64,000 nt of DNA, from contig OZ374562.1 in assembly GCA_977862235.1 (NCBI GenBank), forward strand, positions 2,294,001 through 2,358,000. Reading direction: 5' to 3'. The notes below the pieces were generated by a model that saw only the letters and a list, made by a program, of their open reading frames with translations, made no database searches and was not told the DNA's origin. Both the position numbers and the translations under genes were made by a program. This stretch comes from Dudresnaya verticillata. Taxonomy: Eukaryota. Shown here piece by piece: positions 34,353 through 46,375 of the stretch; the stretch's first letter is position 1; each line of letters begins with the position of its first letter.

Positions 34353-37300
34353 CTATTTGCGAACGATCCACTGCTCCGGCTGAATGTTTAGCGAACCGGA
34401 AACAACAACTTCTCGCAACTGTGCTTGACTCATCATCTTCGTCAAGCCATCAGCGATGTTGGAGCTACTGCGGACAAACCCGATGTCCGAGATCGTCTTA
34501 TCGCGGAACCCTTCGCGTGCCGCAGCGATGTCAAGCATCATCCTCTTCTCAGATGTTCTGGAGCCCTTGGATATGACGTCGAAGAGACTCTTGCTGTCGG
34601 TTAGAAGTTGGACCGGGACAGTCTTGTTGAGAAGAACTCCAAGCTCACCTGCGATGGCGATGGCGATGTCGATCATGTCGGAGAATGCTATAACTTCCCC
34701 GGACATTGCTGAGCGAGTCACCCGTCTTGACTTGTACGACTTGAAGCTGACCGGGACTGAAGATCCACTGTCGTCAGTGAGAAGTACAACGTGGCCAAGC
34801 TGGGAACTGAGATCCCTGTTGTTAGCGAACGAGGCATCAGAGAATCCAACCACCTTAATGGTGTCTGCCTTCAACCTTGGGACGCGTAGGCGGACTCGAT
34901 GGTCAACCGCGTACGTTACAGCCTTGTTGAGACGTCGGATGTTGGCTTGCCTGTTTTTGAAGAAGTCTTCCTCTGTGACTTGTGCGAGCTGAGATACTTC
35001 GAAAAGGCAGTCAGGGCGTGAGTTAGACAACCACGCCAGCTTCATGCGCATGGACCGGAATTCGCGAAAGGTTGCATCTGGATGCAGACATTCCAGCTTG
35101 CGGAGGTACGCGTTCTGGTCGATGTACATCGTGCTATCCTTATCGCGATCGATGACAAATCCTGTGAACTCTGCTGGAAGCTTGGACTCGTCCGTCATCT
35201 CGAAGCGTGCGTTGGTTTTCTGCGAGAGTTTTCGAAACATTTTGCTTCCGCAGCGGATGAGGTCGTCAACATAGCACCCACTCAAGCCTTGTAGTACTCC
35301 TTAACTCAGCAGGTAGTACAGTGCGGGATCAATGCGCATCGGCTTCATTCCCAACTCAAGGCGGTGGTGCTTGTCAAGCGTGGTATGCCACAGATCTCCT
35401 GCATCGCATAGTCCATATAGCGGCTTCAAGAGTTGAAGACACTGGTCAGGCTCAAGTTCAAACTCTGCAGCGGGCTTGCCGATGAACACATCTCGTGCCA
35501 ATGGTTCGGAAGCTTGAAGGTAGGCTTGCCTGATATCTGCTGTCAAGATGTCAAAGCCAAAGATGCCTGCCAACGCAAGAAGCAGTCTTACTGACTGAGG
35601 TTGAAAGGTTGTCGTGGAGTGCACCATCATGTCCTTCATCTTGTCTCGATGGCCTCCAATGACGTATCGGGCCTTATACTTGATCTTGCCGTCCAGCGAG
35701 GACTTGATCGCGAGTACAAATCTGCCGGGAAGAACATTCGCGTCTCTTGGGATGTCTTCCTTGAGTATCACCTTGAACGTACCGCGCTGCATGAGGTTGC
35801 GGAGTTCTACCTTCTTGGCTTCAGTCATCTCGTAGTGCTTGGCTCGTTCATCGTTCGGATCAAGCACTTCCGTCATGAATATCCCATGGTCTTCCATCTT
35901 CGGGGACTTGAACGGGTTCAGACTTTTGTCGATGTCTGCCATGAAGGTTTGTGCAAGAAGTTCGGGGGTGAAGTATGGTTTCACCTGCGTGACGCTGAAG
36001 GGCCGAGCGGGACTTCCTTCGATGTCTCGGATGAACACAAGCTTCTTGGAGTAGTCAACTGATTCTACTTCGAAGGGTCCGAGCCATTCTCCAATGCGGT
36101 TGGCAATGATCTTCTCGCGAAATACGAGCACGCGATCACCAGGCTCATAGCTACGCTCGGAAGCAGGTGGGACAGCGTAGTGAAGTGCTCGTCTGACCTT
36201 GAGCTCAGCCATCCGCTTCTCCATCTCCTCACGAGCAGCTGTAGCAATAGAAGCGCGTTCAGCTACCGTGGGTCGAGGTCCGGGCTCTTCAGAAAAGGTG
36301 GCAATTTGTGGAAATTCTCCGAAGACAAGAGCAGAAGGTACTAGGCCTTCGGGTCCAAGGGTGTCGTTCATTGCCTTCAAAGATGAAGCTAGAAGAATCT
36401 CCTTGCCTGCATGCGGGTAAGCATGTCGGAGCTTGCGGTATGTCGTTCGCAGCGGCTCATGGTACCTCTCGCACAGTCCAAGACTGGAGTGGGCTTCAAT
36501 GCCGGTGCGGTTGACTTCAACGTTGTTGACTTGGGCTATGTGGATGAACTGTTGTCCAAACTGTGAGCCTTGGTCAGTGAGAATCCTGTTCGGAAGTCCA
36601 CAGTAGACGAGAGCCCAGCATGACATCAAGGTTGTCCAGATCGTCTGCGTCGACACATCAGGGAGGAATCGTGCGGCGCTGAACTTCGTGGCTTCGTCAA
36701 CGATGTGGAGAACAGGCGCTGATTCAAGTGACATGATGTCAATGAGGATGAGTTCATTGAATCTTAAGTCTTCGGCACCAAACGATACACGGAAACGATG
36801 AGGAGCGTGTTGTATTCGTTGGCACGGGTCACAACGTTTCGCGATGTCTTTGAGCGTTTCCAGTGTCTGAGGTGTAGCTTCCTCTGGACGTGCTCGCTTA
36901 ATAAGGTTGTACAGCTTCTGTGCGCTTACATGGAAGAACTGTCGGTGAAGTCTTCGCAACTGTGGACGCGTGAAGTAGCTGGCTGTCGAGAAGTGCATTT
37001 GAGCATACAAGTGGTTGCTTCCAGAGCGGGTCAACGGCACCTGCCATTCATTGAGGTGCACCAGCTTCCCTTCTTTGTCGGTGTGTCTCGTACGCTTGAT
37101 GAGTTGGTTCGAGACAGTGCATGGAGTCAAGGAGTGTTTGTCCAGTACGTCCATGCCAAGAAGTGCGGGGATGTCGGCTTCGACAATGTCCATTTCAACG
37201 TCGATATTGCTTATGCCTGGTGGGGTCAACAGCGGTATGGAAATGCGACCGAGTGACTCGTACGTGGCGTCGGCAAAGCGAAACCTGTTGCGCGAGGGCA

Positions 37301-37562
37301 TGAGTCTTCGGGAATGTATGCCTGCAGCAGTAAGGATGCGTTGCATCTCTTTGCGTCCTACGACAGACTTTGGAGCCCCAATGTCCACACAGAAGCCAGC
37401 TGGTATTGTATTCCGTATCTCCTTCCCAAGAGAACCAACGTGGATGTCTAACATGAAGATTTCTGGTGGATTGGTGCTTTGGGATGGGTGGGAGTGCCTC
37501 GGGACTGCTTTGCGATGATGCTTCTGCCATCGCTTGTTCGCTCGGCGACAAGGCTGAGGCAT
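34353..37562 (-). pseudogene. Copia pol: PR-INT-RT (35301-37562) and RT-RNase H (34353-35285), one in-frame stop
   Basis: CVDIGAPKSVVG, LHRQFFH...CDPC, TDQGSQF, YKARYVIGGH, LLKPLYGL, YVDDL, FSDASFA, TDSKSLFD, NIADGLTK. Confidence 0.94.
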
Positions 37563-39704
37563 TACATGCTCTTGTCGCCTATCAAAAAATCCTGCGGCAT
37601 ACCAGCCGAGATGTGGTTGGTTACAATCTCCCCTTCCAAGTTCTCGATAGGGTCTACGAAGTTGGTCTGGATTCCGGTGTTGGCTAGAGCTGCGTCGAAG
37701 CGATCTAGTTCAGACTCTCCGGGTTCTCCATAGTGGACGTCCGCATCTTCCTGATCCTGAGAGCTGGTGAGTTCCTCCTCCATGTCTCCGACAAGAGAAG
37801 CAACGATGTGCGTGGCATCTTCACCACGAGCAATACGGCCCCGGATGTTGGACTGTATGGCTCCTTTCGCGCAACGATGACCTGGCTTCCAATTGGCAGC
37901 ACCACAGCGGAAGCACTGATTGCGACGTCTAGCATCAGCGAATGTGCGTGCAGCATTGTTTCGTTGCTGGCTCCGAAGTTGTGCAGCAGGGTCACCACCT
38001 TTGGAACTGTAGCGCGAGAGTTTGCGCGGGTTCCGACCGTACTGAAGCATATGAGTCTGGACACTGTTGCTATGCCGAAGGTTGTTTTCTTCGGTGAGTC
38101 CTGTGAAGGTAGACTGGCGCGCATCTCCACTTGTGAGCAACTTCAGCTGACGAAGATTCTGGATGGACTCGTGAAGCGTGGTGACGAACGCGTTGAAGCT
38201 GTAACCTTGCGACGTGATGTTCTGTATCGGAATGCGGGACCATTCTTGGAACTCAATCACTGCTCGGCGGAGGTAGTCAACCTTATGAGCATCAGAGAGA
38301 AAGTCCTTAGGGCATTGCGGTACAAGCTCGTTGATTGTCTCAACTAGCTTCGTCAAGCCATGTGCGACATCAGAAATATCGTTCTTGGTCATGAAGGTCC
38401 GGAGACGAAGAGTCTCAAGAGTTCCTTTGACTTGGAGCTGACGAGCGTCGGAAACATACTCCTTCATCATGACTTGTGTCTTCTCCTGATATGACATGTC
38501 CTCTCGCGTGTGTTCAAAGTAGAACTTACGCGCAGCGCCATCGAGCATGAACAAGAAGTTCCGCCTTGTGTGCCTGAGAGAGCTTGTACTGCTTTGAGCA
38601 GACGGCGTACAGCTTGAAGGTTTGATGGATGTCTTGAGCCAGGTGTCCGGAGAACTTGTATCCCTTGAACATCTGCTGGACGTAGTTAACCTTGCGAGGA
38701 TCGTCGCGCTGGTCATGATCATTGTCGGCAGTGTAGCCTCGACGTTGATCTGGGAAGCGGGTGGGAGGGTTTCGACCTCGGTCGTTGTGACCTGCTCCAT
38801 CTCCGAAGTTGTTCAGCGGGGGTCCCCTGTTCGGGCGATGAGAACCTCTTCCAAAACCTTGAAACGGCGGACTATGAGGCTGATCGCCACTACCGGGCTC
38901 GGGAGGTGACGGGCCGTACTTCTTTGGACCTTCATAGGATCCATACTGATGCTGTACCATGTTCGGATAACCGTGATACTCGTTGTTTCCCGGGGTATGG
39001 CCGGGATGATCAGCGGCGTTGGTGCTAACACCATGAAGTGTAACTTGGTTCTTGTCCACTCGGATATCTTGTCGCATCGGAGCTTCTTGGTCTTGGCGGG
39101 AGATGGTGTCTTCTCTCCCCTCAGCAACTGAGCTTTTCACAGTATTACTCTGGAAAGGAAGGTGCATGAGTGGGTTCGGAGATCCACGACAAGCCTTGAA
39201 CTGGCGTACGGCATCGATGGAGAACTCAGCCGTGCATCCCGTGAAGAAGCATAACCAAACGAGACTGACAAGTCCTTTGTTCTTCTGCTCAGTGTCTGAG
39301 AGGCTGACTTTGTCCCAATACTGTTGCGGGACATCATCAAACTCGTAGAGTCGGGCCACCTCAAACAGACTGTTGACTGGGAAAGTAGGCACCTCGAAGA
39401 AGTCTTCTGTGAATATCTTCTTGGGCAGCGGTAGAAGCTCCATCGCAAATCTTGCGGCCTTCTCGGTAGGAGGTTTGGCTTCCACGTCTTCGTAATCTCC
39501 TGTACTGCTCGCTGGGACATCTGGAAGCGGGTAGGAAGAGAGAACAGAAATGGCAACGTTGATCAGCTTCTGCGAAAGCTCATCAGTAAGGTTAGAATTC
39601 CTGAGGCAGCGGAGTAGGTTGGCAGCCTTCGTCTTGAACTCCTTCCTTGAGGTCTTCTTTTCTGCGGCCGAAGTCTTGGTATGACTGCGTGTGCTCGCAG
39701 TCAT
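37562..39704 (-). pseudogene. Copia gag, frameshifted near 38550
   Basis: ORFs 38526-39704 and 37562-38800 overlap; KFSGHL...LDGAARKFY matches the gag at 52759 (KFTGKL...FDGEAKRFY); knuckle-like CFRCG...GHRC. Confidence 0.85.
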
Positions 39705-39788
39705 TTTTTTTTCAGACGGTGTGGGTTACGATCGTAACAAAGTCTTGAGCGACGAAGTCGGCGCGTGGAACCGGGTAGGAATCCGGAT

Positions 39789-40285
39789 TGTCGTCCGTAG
39801 CCGGTCAAAACGCGCGCGCGGCGTGAGAATGGTGTACAATCACCGTTCTGCGGGCACGGCGCGCAGGGTCGCGGAACGCGGAGAAAGGGCACGAGCGGGG
39901 CGAAGCGGGGCGCGAGCGGGGCGCGAGCGGAGCGAGGCGGGGCGCGAGCGGAGCGAGCGGGTCAGAGAGGTGGGCGAGGTTTATCGAAGCAAGGGAAGAG
40001 GGCTACGGCAGACCACCGCGGCTGATGCAACGGATGTTCTCGTCAACGCTGCTTACTCTTCTACTTCGATCGTGCTCTCGAGGAGCGGGGGTGGTCTGCA
40101 GTGGTCAGCGGGGCTTGAAGTAGCGCAGCCAGTTGCAGTCGGGCGCGCGCGTTGCGCGCGGACGGCGCGTTGGTTGCCGACGGCGGGAGCACTGTAAGGT
40201 ATCTTACAGTGCAACTCTGCGCATTTGCTTTCGCCTCCGATCTCGTACAGTACTCGCGCCAATGCTGACGTTGAGCAATTCGACA
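39789..40285 (-). repeat. 5' LTR of the Copia element (right end uncertain, 40221-40285)
   Basis: Direct repeat of 33148-33601; GCAATTCGACA ending at 40285 resembles the GCAAATCGACA end of the other LTR. Confidence 0.75.
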
Positions 40286-43200
40286 TCTATCTGACCTTAG
40301 GGTACCATTATGCTTACAACCTCATTGTGTTCCCACTGATGAGGCCCAACCACCAACTGAACCCACCGCCCTCCTCAGATGATTTGGAATCGCCTGTCCC
40401 CGTGACACGCGCGTGCAGACCTCGAGCTGTCAACGAGGGATGCGACGCATTGCCGCCGTCGTCGCCATTTCTGCGAGTATCTTACCCGAAAAACTTCGCG
40501 AGAGGGTCGTCTAGAGACTCAAAGAGTCTATTAAATCTAGACTCTCTCGAAGAGACAATGTCGCTTGGGAAGTCAGTACAGTCTGGCTGCCCTGTGCCCC
40601 TGGTACCAGTAGTCTCAATCGTTGACAAATGGGAAGGGGGAGCACCGTTACCAAAAAAGCATTCTCCAACCTAAAGCAAAACATCTAACACCCTAAGAGC
40701 CATACTTCTTCTGCAATTATATGTCCGCGTCTAACCTCAGAATTCCTCCCGCATTGCTTTGGAGGTGCCTGGGTTCTTGTATCCACAGTTCTTCACCCGC
40801 ATAGTCGAGCATGTCCTAGAACGCTGCCTCAACAATCCCGCCACCTTCGCTTTGCGACATTCATGGAAGAAACAGAATCTATTCTGTCGCCAGCGCGAGT
40901 ACGACACTGTATGACAAATTCCTACAGTGGACTCTCCGTGCGTTGCTGTGTTTCAAAGCCTGTCCGTGACAATCCAGCTTCTTTTTCTTCTAGTTTGCGC
41001 TCCTGCTGTGAATATGATAGCCATAATTCTTGGGCTGGAGAGAGACGCGAACGTATCGTTCGTGGAGGCAAACATCGGCGGCATCGCGCTCAGACGCATC
41101 CAAAATCGTCGATTTCACGGTCAAGAGGCGGACCAAGTCTACGCTTGTCGCATGCAACCGATGTCTGCGCCACGCGGAGACGCCCAATACGCAGTTCTTC
41201 CTGTACTTTCTGGACGCGAGCAACTCAGACGTAAACGACGGGACATGACCGGAACAGTAGAGCTCAGCAGGAACAGAAAGCTGGCAAGAGTCCCTCTCGA
41301 AGCTCTGACCGTCAATATCGAGATTGAGACCGCCATAGGATTTGCGGCTTTGCATGTGGACATGCTCAGTGGTGGGAAGATGTACTGTTTGAGGCCCGAT
41401 GTGAGTGTGTGTGACGGGCATGCAATGTTCAATTGTGGGTCTCGGCTATTGAAAAGCGTGTGCTATTGCAACCTCACCGGCGAGCGCACTGAGACAAGGA
41501 GTCTGAAGGGTGGAGCTTGATGGCAGTTGTGCGTTGCGGGAAATGTCCTTCGAGAACGCTCACCGATACCCAATCGGCAATGTTATTCGACCTCGCACTC
41601 GAGGACTCGGAAAACTTGCAGGTATTTGTGATGCATAATGGGGTGGAACCAGAGAAATTTGTGTTGTTTGCGGATGGTAGAGAAATCGTCTTCCTGCGCA
41701 GAAGGCGAGGGCCTGCAAGTCTCGCACAGCTGTGCAGTACTGGCGGTTTTAGCATTGCGCATGATCTCGAGGGTCTTTGTATGCAATGACGTGCATATTG
41801 TTATCGAGCTCCTCTTCAGGGGAAGGCTTCGCGTGCCATGCGGTGATTCAACGCTTCAGCGCAACTCAAGGTTCAACTTTAGGGGGGAGATTGCGGAAGT
41901 CCGAGAAGTTGAGCACGAGCATAAGGCTGACAGAAAGGATACCACTTGTGATGAGGCAATACGGTATGGGAGACGTGAGTATTCTGAGTCGAAGTGCAGG
42001 CTGGATGAGACAGCCGTGCTTGGTACTCCTTCTTCTGTCATCAATTGCTTGTACAGAGGTCATTATGGTATTAGTAAAGACTAAGTTTGTATAAGCGTCC
42101 TTCACTATACTACTTGTATGTACCTGCCTGTCCGCTTCTGTCGGTACGTTTATTGCATAGTTGCACCTGATTCATATCATGGATGCTGCTGTCCTTTTCT
42201 ATTGCCAATATGAGACTACTCTGAATGAGTATATTGCATCCATCACAAGAGTGTGACATTAGGTGGTATGTTGGAATTTATTGAGTCTTTAACGTGCGAC
42301 CACATGAATCACCGACCAGGCTCAGTCCTATTTCGCCGCCAAAGATACAACGCAGTCGCCACAAGGGCCCGGCTTTTCGCGCACTGCCGTGGACCCTCTC
42401 CTCCTTCCCTGTCGCTTGGCGTGATGCCCGGTTACCACCGCCTGTCAAAGGGTTAAGCAGGACCGCAGGGACAGCAGAATTCTTTGAAAAGCCGTTCTCC
42501 GTTCTGTTGAGCCGTTTTCTGCCGCGTCCCAGAAAAAGAGCACTTCGACGCTCGTCCGGCATTCTCGTTGCCACGGCGCGGGCACGCGTACGGTAGAAAG
42601 CGTGAGGCTAGCGAGAAATTTGAGAAAAGCTGCAACGTTTTGGGTTGGGGAACAAACAGGTGGTCAAGCGGACGACCATTTGCTTCGGCCCCGTTTATCA
42701 AGTCTTGTCTGGGCAACTCTGACAAGCTTGACCTTGTCTAGCACGATCTCGAACAACGTTCACGCTCCGAGGTTATCAGCTCAGAATGTTGAGACGTATC
42801 TGCAGCGCTGTCTGCCGTGAGCTGCAGCTGTTCAAGGACAAAAGGAAAATTAGCTTCGCCAATGAGTATGAATGCGGGAATGTTGGTCACTACGGGCTGG
42901 AAAGGACAGATCTGGCGGAGGTGGACAGGTTCCAATCGGTTTTGGCTGAGACATCTAGAGTCTGGAAGTTGAGAGCATCGAAACTTCTGCTTTGTTTGTC
43001 GCATTGGGTACGAGTTCATTTGCATAGTCCAAAACTGTGCGGCTTTTGTTGCGGTGGTCGTATCACCTGCGATTGCAACGTGTTCCTCATAGTTCCAGAA
43101 GAGCGGGAAGGAACGGCGTGATGGGGTTTGAGATAAGCGAGCATTGCAGCTCAAACGTGATTTAGTTATTTCGAGTGCGTCTGCTGCGGCAGCACGTGCT

Positions 43201-45078
43201 TACGAGGAGCCAGCAGACTGCTCTTATTAATTACAACAAGTGCTCGATTCTGCAATGTGGATATATTTCTTATTGCCCTTTTGGTAGCACTCAAAGGTTG
43301 AAGCCATTCGTCGATAGGCTTTGTCTATCTCGCAAAAGGGTAAAAGCCGGCTCGTGCTTTCTTTGGGAGCAGAGATTATTCGTCTTGTCTTTGGTCCGTA
43401 CGCAAAGTCAAGACCGAGCAGTGTAAAGTGTCTAAAGTCTATGGCGTTGAGTGACAATTCGGGCTTGCTCCCGATGCATGTGATGTAGATAGTTGTGTGC
43501 ATCTATGCTTTCCACCTTTTCTTTCTGCTCTCAAAAGTTGAAAACAGCGTCCTTTGCTTATAGCGATTGCGACCCGCATGTCAACAAAAGGCTGCGGCGT
43601 GGCGTGCTTGATGTTATTGATTTAGAGGTGCACGTACATCGCAAGCTGATCTTCCAAGACGGCAACAAAGGGGAGAAGCAAGAACAACAAGTGTGTGCGA
43701 TGTCACGAACAACACACCTTGAAACTGATCGGCTTTGTCTAACTTCTCCAGGCGCAATTCCATGGGTCACGGCAGCAATGCCGTCGGTCCACAGCCTGTC
43801 TGCCGAACGCGTACGAATTCCAACCTAAGACACAGACGAGGCGCGCTGCGGGCTTTGCCCCGATTTAGGAAACGAGCTTTCCATGTCCATTGCCACGTAC
43901 GGCCCCCGCTGCGACGGCGCTTTAATATGGCCCCCGAGTGGCACAAGTCTTAACCCGCTCGCGTTACGTCAACAGCATGTCTGCGCTTTGCTTTGCTCGC
44001 TACATGTCCAAACTGGACACTAACGCGCTCAACCGGCAGGATCACTCCCTCTTTCCCAGCCGGCAGCCTAGCGTACCCGCTTAACATGTTTGCAACGAGG
44101 TGCCTCCAGCCTGCGGATTGAGGAATGTTCCGTGCGCAGGTCACGGCTGTGAACATTTTCCATACATACGCACAACCAGGCAACTCTACCCCCTGTAATA
44201 AGATTCCAGCGGCGGCGTAAACGTCTACATGCTGGACGCACCTTGTCGGACGTGGCGAGCTGTTGTAACTTGACAATGCGATAACAGCCTTCTTATCTTC
44301 ATCTTCGCATGTTCGCTTCCTCGCCCCACCGTCGGCCACATCACACGAGAGCGGAGTCTGAGACACGGGACAAGAGCGCTTTGTGTGCGCGAGTCACAAA
44401 CTCGGATTAATAATGCAAGACATGCAGTGCTTGTTGTCAAACTTGGGTTCTGCTGCTGCAGTTATCGTTGCGCTGTCTGCCATAAGCCTCTCATGTGAGC
44501 ACGCACGCGGTGTCGGGTTGTTCGCAGAAGGCGAGGCGCGCGCGCGCGGCACGGCATGGCGCGGGAAAGTGTTCGTTGGGAGGGTAAAATCACGGGTTGG
44601 CACAGTATTTGCGTTCAACCATGACGTGCGCGCATGTCCATGGAACGGCTGACCACAGCGCCATAACAGCGATACGGGTGTATCGACGGGCGCGCACTCG
44701 GCACGGCCAAGTAGTCGATGCGCGGGCGTCTCCAGCTGTTGTTTGCTGTCTGCTCCGACCGGCCTCGCGCGTTTTCCTCCGCCGCTGTGCCTCTGCGGCG
44801 CGAGTTGGAGACAACAGACAGACGTGGAGGCGGACGTCGGTCGTGCGAGGAAGAGAGTCGCTCGGCGAAAAGTTTCGATACTTTGTACAGTGCTGAGCTG
44901 AGCTCTCTGCGAAAGTACAGCTGCACCGTGCACGCCGAAGGCGGCGACGCCTGTCCGGCTCGTTTCTCCGCGTCCTGACTCCATTGCGCCGCCTTGGGCA
45001 ACAGGTGAAGAATAAGTGCGCCCGCCCGTGTAGAGATATCGCATTAGACCGCTTGGTCTGGTGAGGAGCGTGCACGGC

Positions 45079-45108
45079 CACACACACGCACACACACACA
45101 CACACACA
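45079..45108. repeat. (CA)n microsatellite
   Basis: Direct reading; further CT, TG and CA tracts at ~45436-45480, ~45737-45762 and ~45969-45993. Confidence 0.9.
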
Positions 45109-46154
45109 TAGTTTGACCTAAGTGCGTGTTGTTCGCGTTTGCTCTGAAGAATATATCAGATGGTAGATAGACGCGGAGTGTCTATAAAAGAAGCGACACC
45201 GAGTCATCGGAAAAGCAGTATCAGATTGGGTATCGCGGAGAGGTATGCGCTTACAACGAGCGAGAATGAGAATACTCAAAAGGTATTCGCAGCTGGAGAT
45301 CTCAGGAGCATTGTTGCTTCCTACTAAGCCACTTGCTGATATCAATAGTGCATACGACTTTGGCTCCTGTTTCTGAATATCGCCGCTTCTCTCGAACTTG
45401 TTTGGGACTTTAAGAGCTTACTCTGTCATTCTAATCTTCTCTCTCCCTCTCCCTCCCTCTCCCTCCCTCTCTCTCTCTCTGCAAGACGCATACTGTAAAA
45501 CTCTGGCTGCATGAGCCGACTGGCGGGTGACAAAGAGGAGGTTTATGTGGCTGGGGCTGTGCGTTCTGAATATCTGCGGAGACGCTCTACAACACAGCTT
45601 GAAACAGCGCGAAATGCATGACAGTTGTTGTTGATGGTGCTGTTGTACAGCCTGAGACTGTGATATGTTACGCACGTCAGAGACGAGTGCGTGATTAAAC
45701 GCTGGTGCTTGCACACGGTTGGCGCAAGGCGTGTGGTGTGTGTATGTGTGTGTGTGTGTGTGGTCAGCACCGGGACAGGTAGTACGTATTGATAAACACA
45801 GCGCGCGCTCATAAACGCTGTGCCGCGGGGTTGCAGGCGGGCAGGCCGCGCAATACTGCATGGGATCGGATCGGCGTGGGAGAAGATGCGGGCCGCGGCC
45901 GAGGTGCGCATGGCGTCGCAACCAGGTGCGGGGCATGTTGTTGTTGCTTGCGACGCCCCGGCGGGAAGACACACACACACACACTCTCTCTCTCCGCAAC
46001 TCTCTGCGCCTCTCTGCAGCGCCCTGCAACGCTCGCCGCGGAAATAGGCTCTCCCGCGCCCGCGCCAAGGGCGTGCGAAGCGCTTGGCGACAAGACGGAC
46101 AAGTCCAAATACAGCTGCATCGAGCCGTCGCAAACGCAAAACGTGAACGAAGGA

Positions 46155-46275
46155 ATACACGTGCACAGCGCAGCCGCGCTCCCAATGCACGTGTACGTAA
46201 AGCCATTTCCCTCCATTTAGCCCAATCAGCGCTCCCCGTCTCTCACACAGTCTCGAGACACCCGTCGTATAAAAC
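46155..46275 (+). promoter_or_regulatory. Putative Pol II promoter (two CACGTG boxes, CCAAT, TATAAAA)
   Basis: CACGTG at ~46158 and ~46188, CCAAT at ~46222, TATAAAA at 46268-46274, about 100 nt upstream of ATG 46376. Confidence 0.5.
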
Positions 46276-46375
46276 AACGTCCGCCGCCCTTTCTCTTCGT
46301 TCCCGCTCCGCCCCCCCCCCCCCCCCCCCCCCTCCCGACCCCATCCGCCGCACTCCACGGCACCCGCTCCATCCG

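Larger units (their letters stand above)
33148..40285 (-). mobile_element. Near full-length Ty1/Copia-type LTR retrotransposon
   Basis: Direct repeats starting at 33148 and 39789 (TGTCGTCCGTAGCC...); polypurine tract GGGGGGAG next to 33624; gag-PR-INT-RT-RH order. The right boundary is uncertain (repeats diverge after 40221) and no TSD was found. Confidence 0.9.

Noticed and set aside
40290..45000. Many short ORFs, possibly decayed genes
   Set aside because: No recognisable motif, consistent frame or TE boundary could be supported by eye.
45860..46375. N-terminal 172 codons of the 875-aa ORF
   Set aside because: Runs through microsatellites, CCAAT/TATA boxes and a poly-C tract; the real start is more likely ATG 46376.
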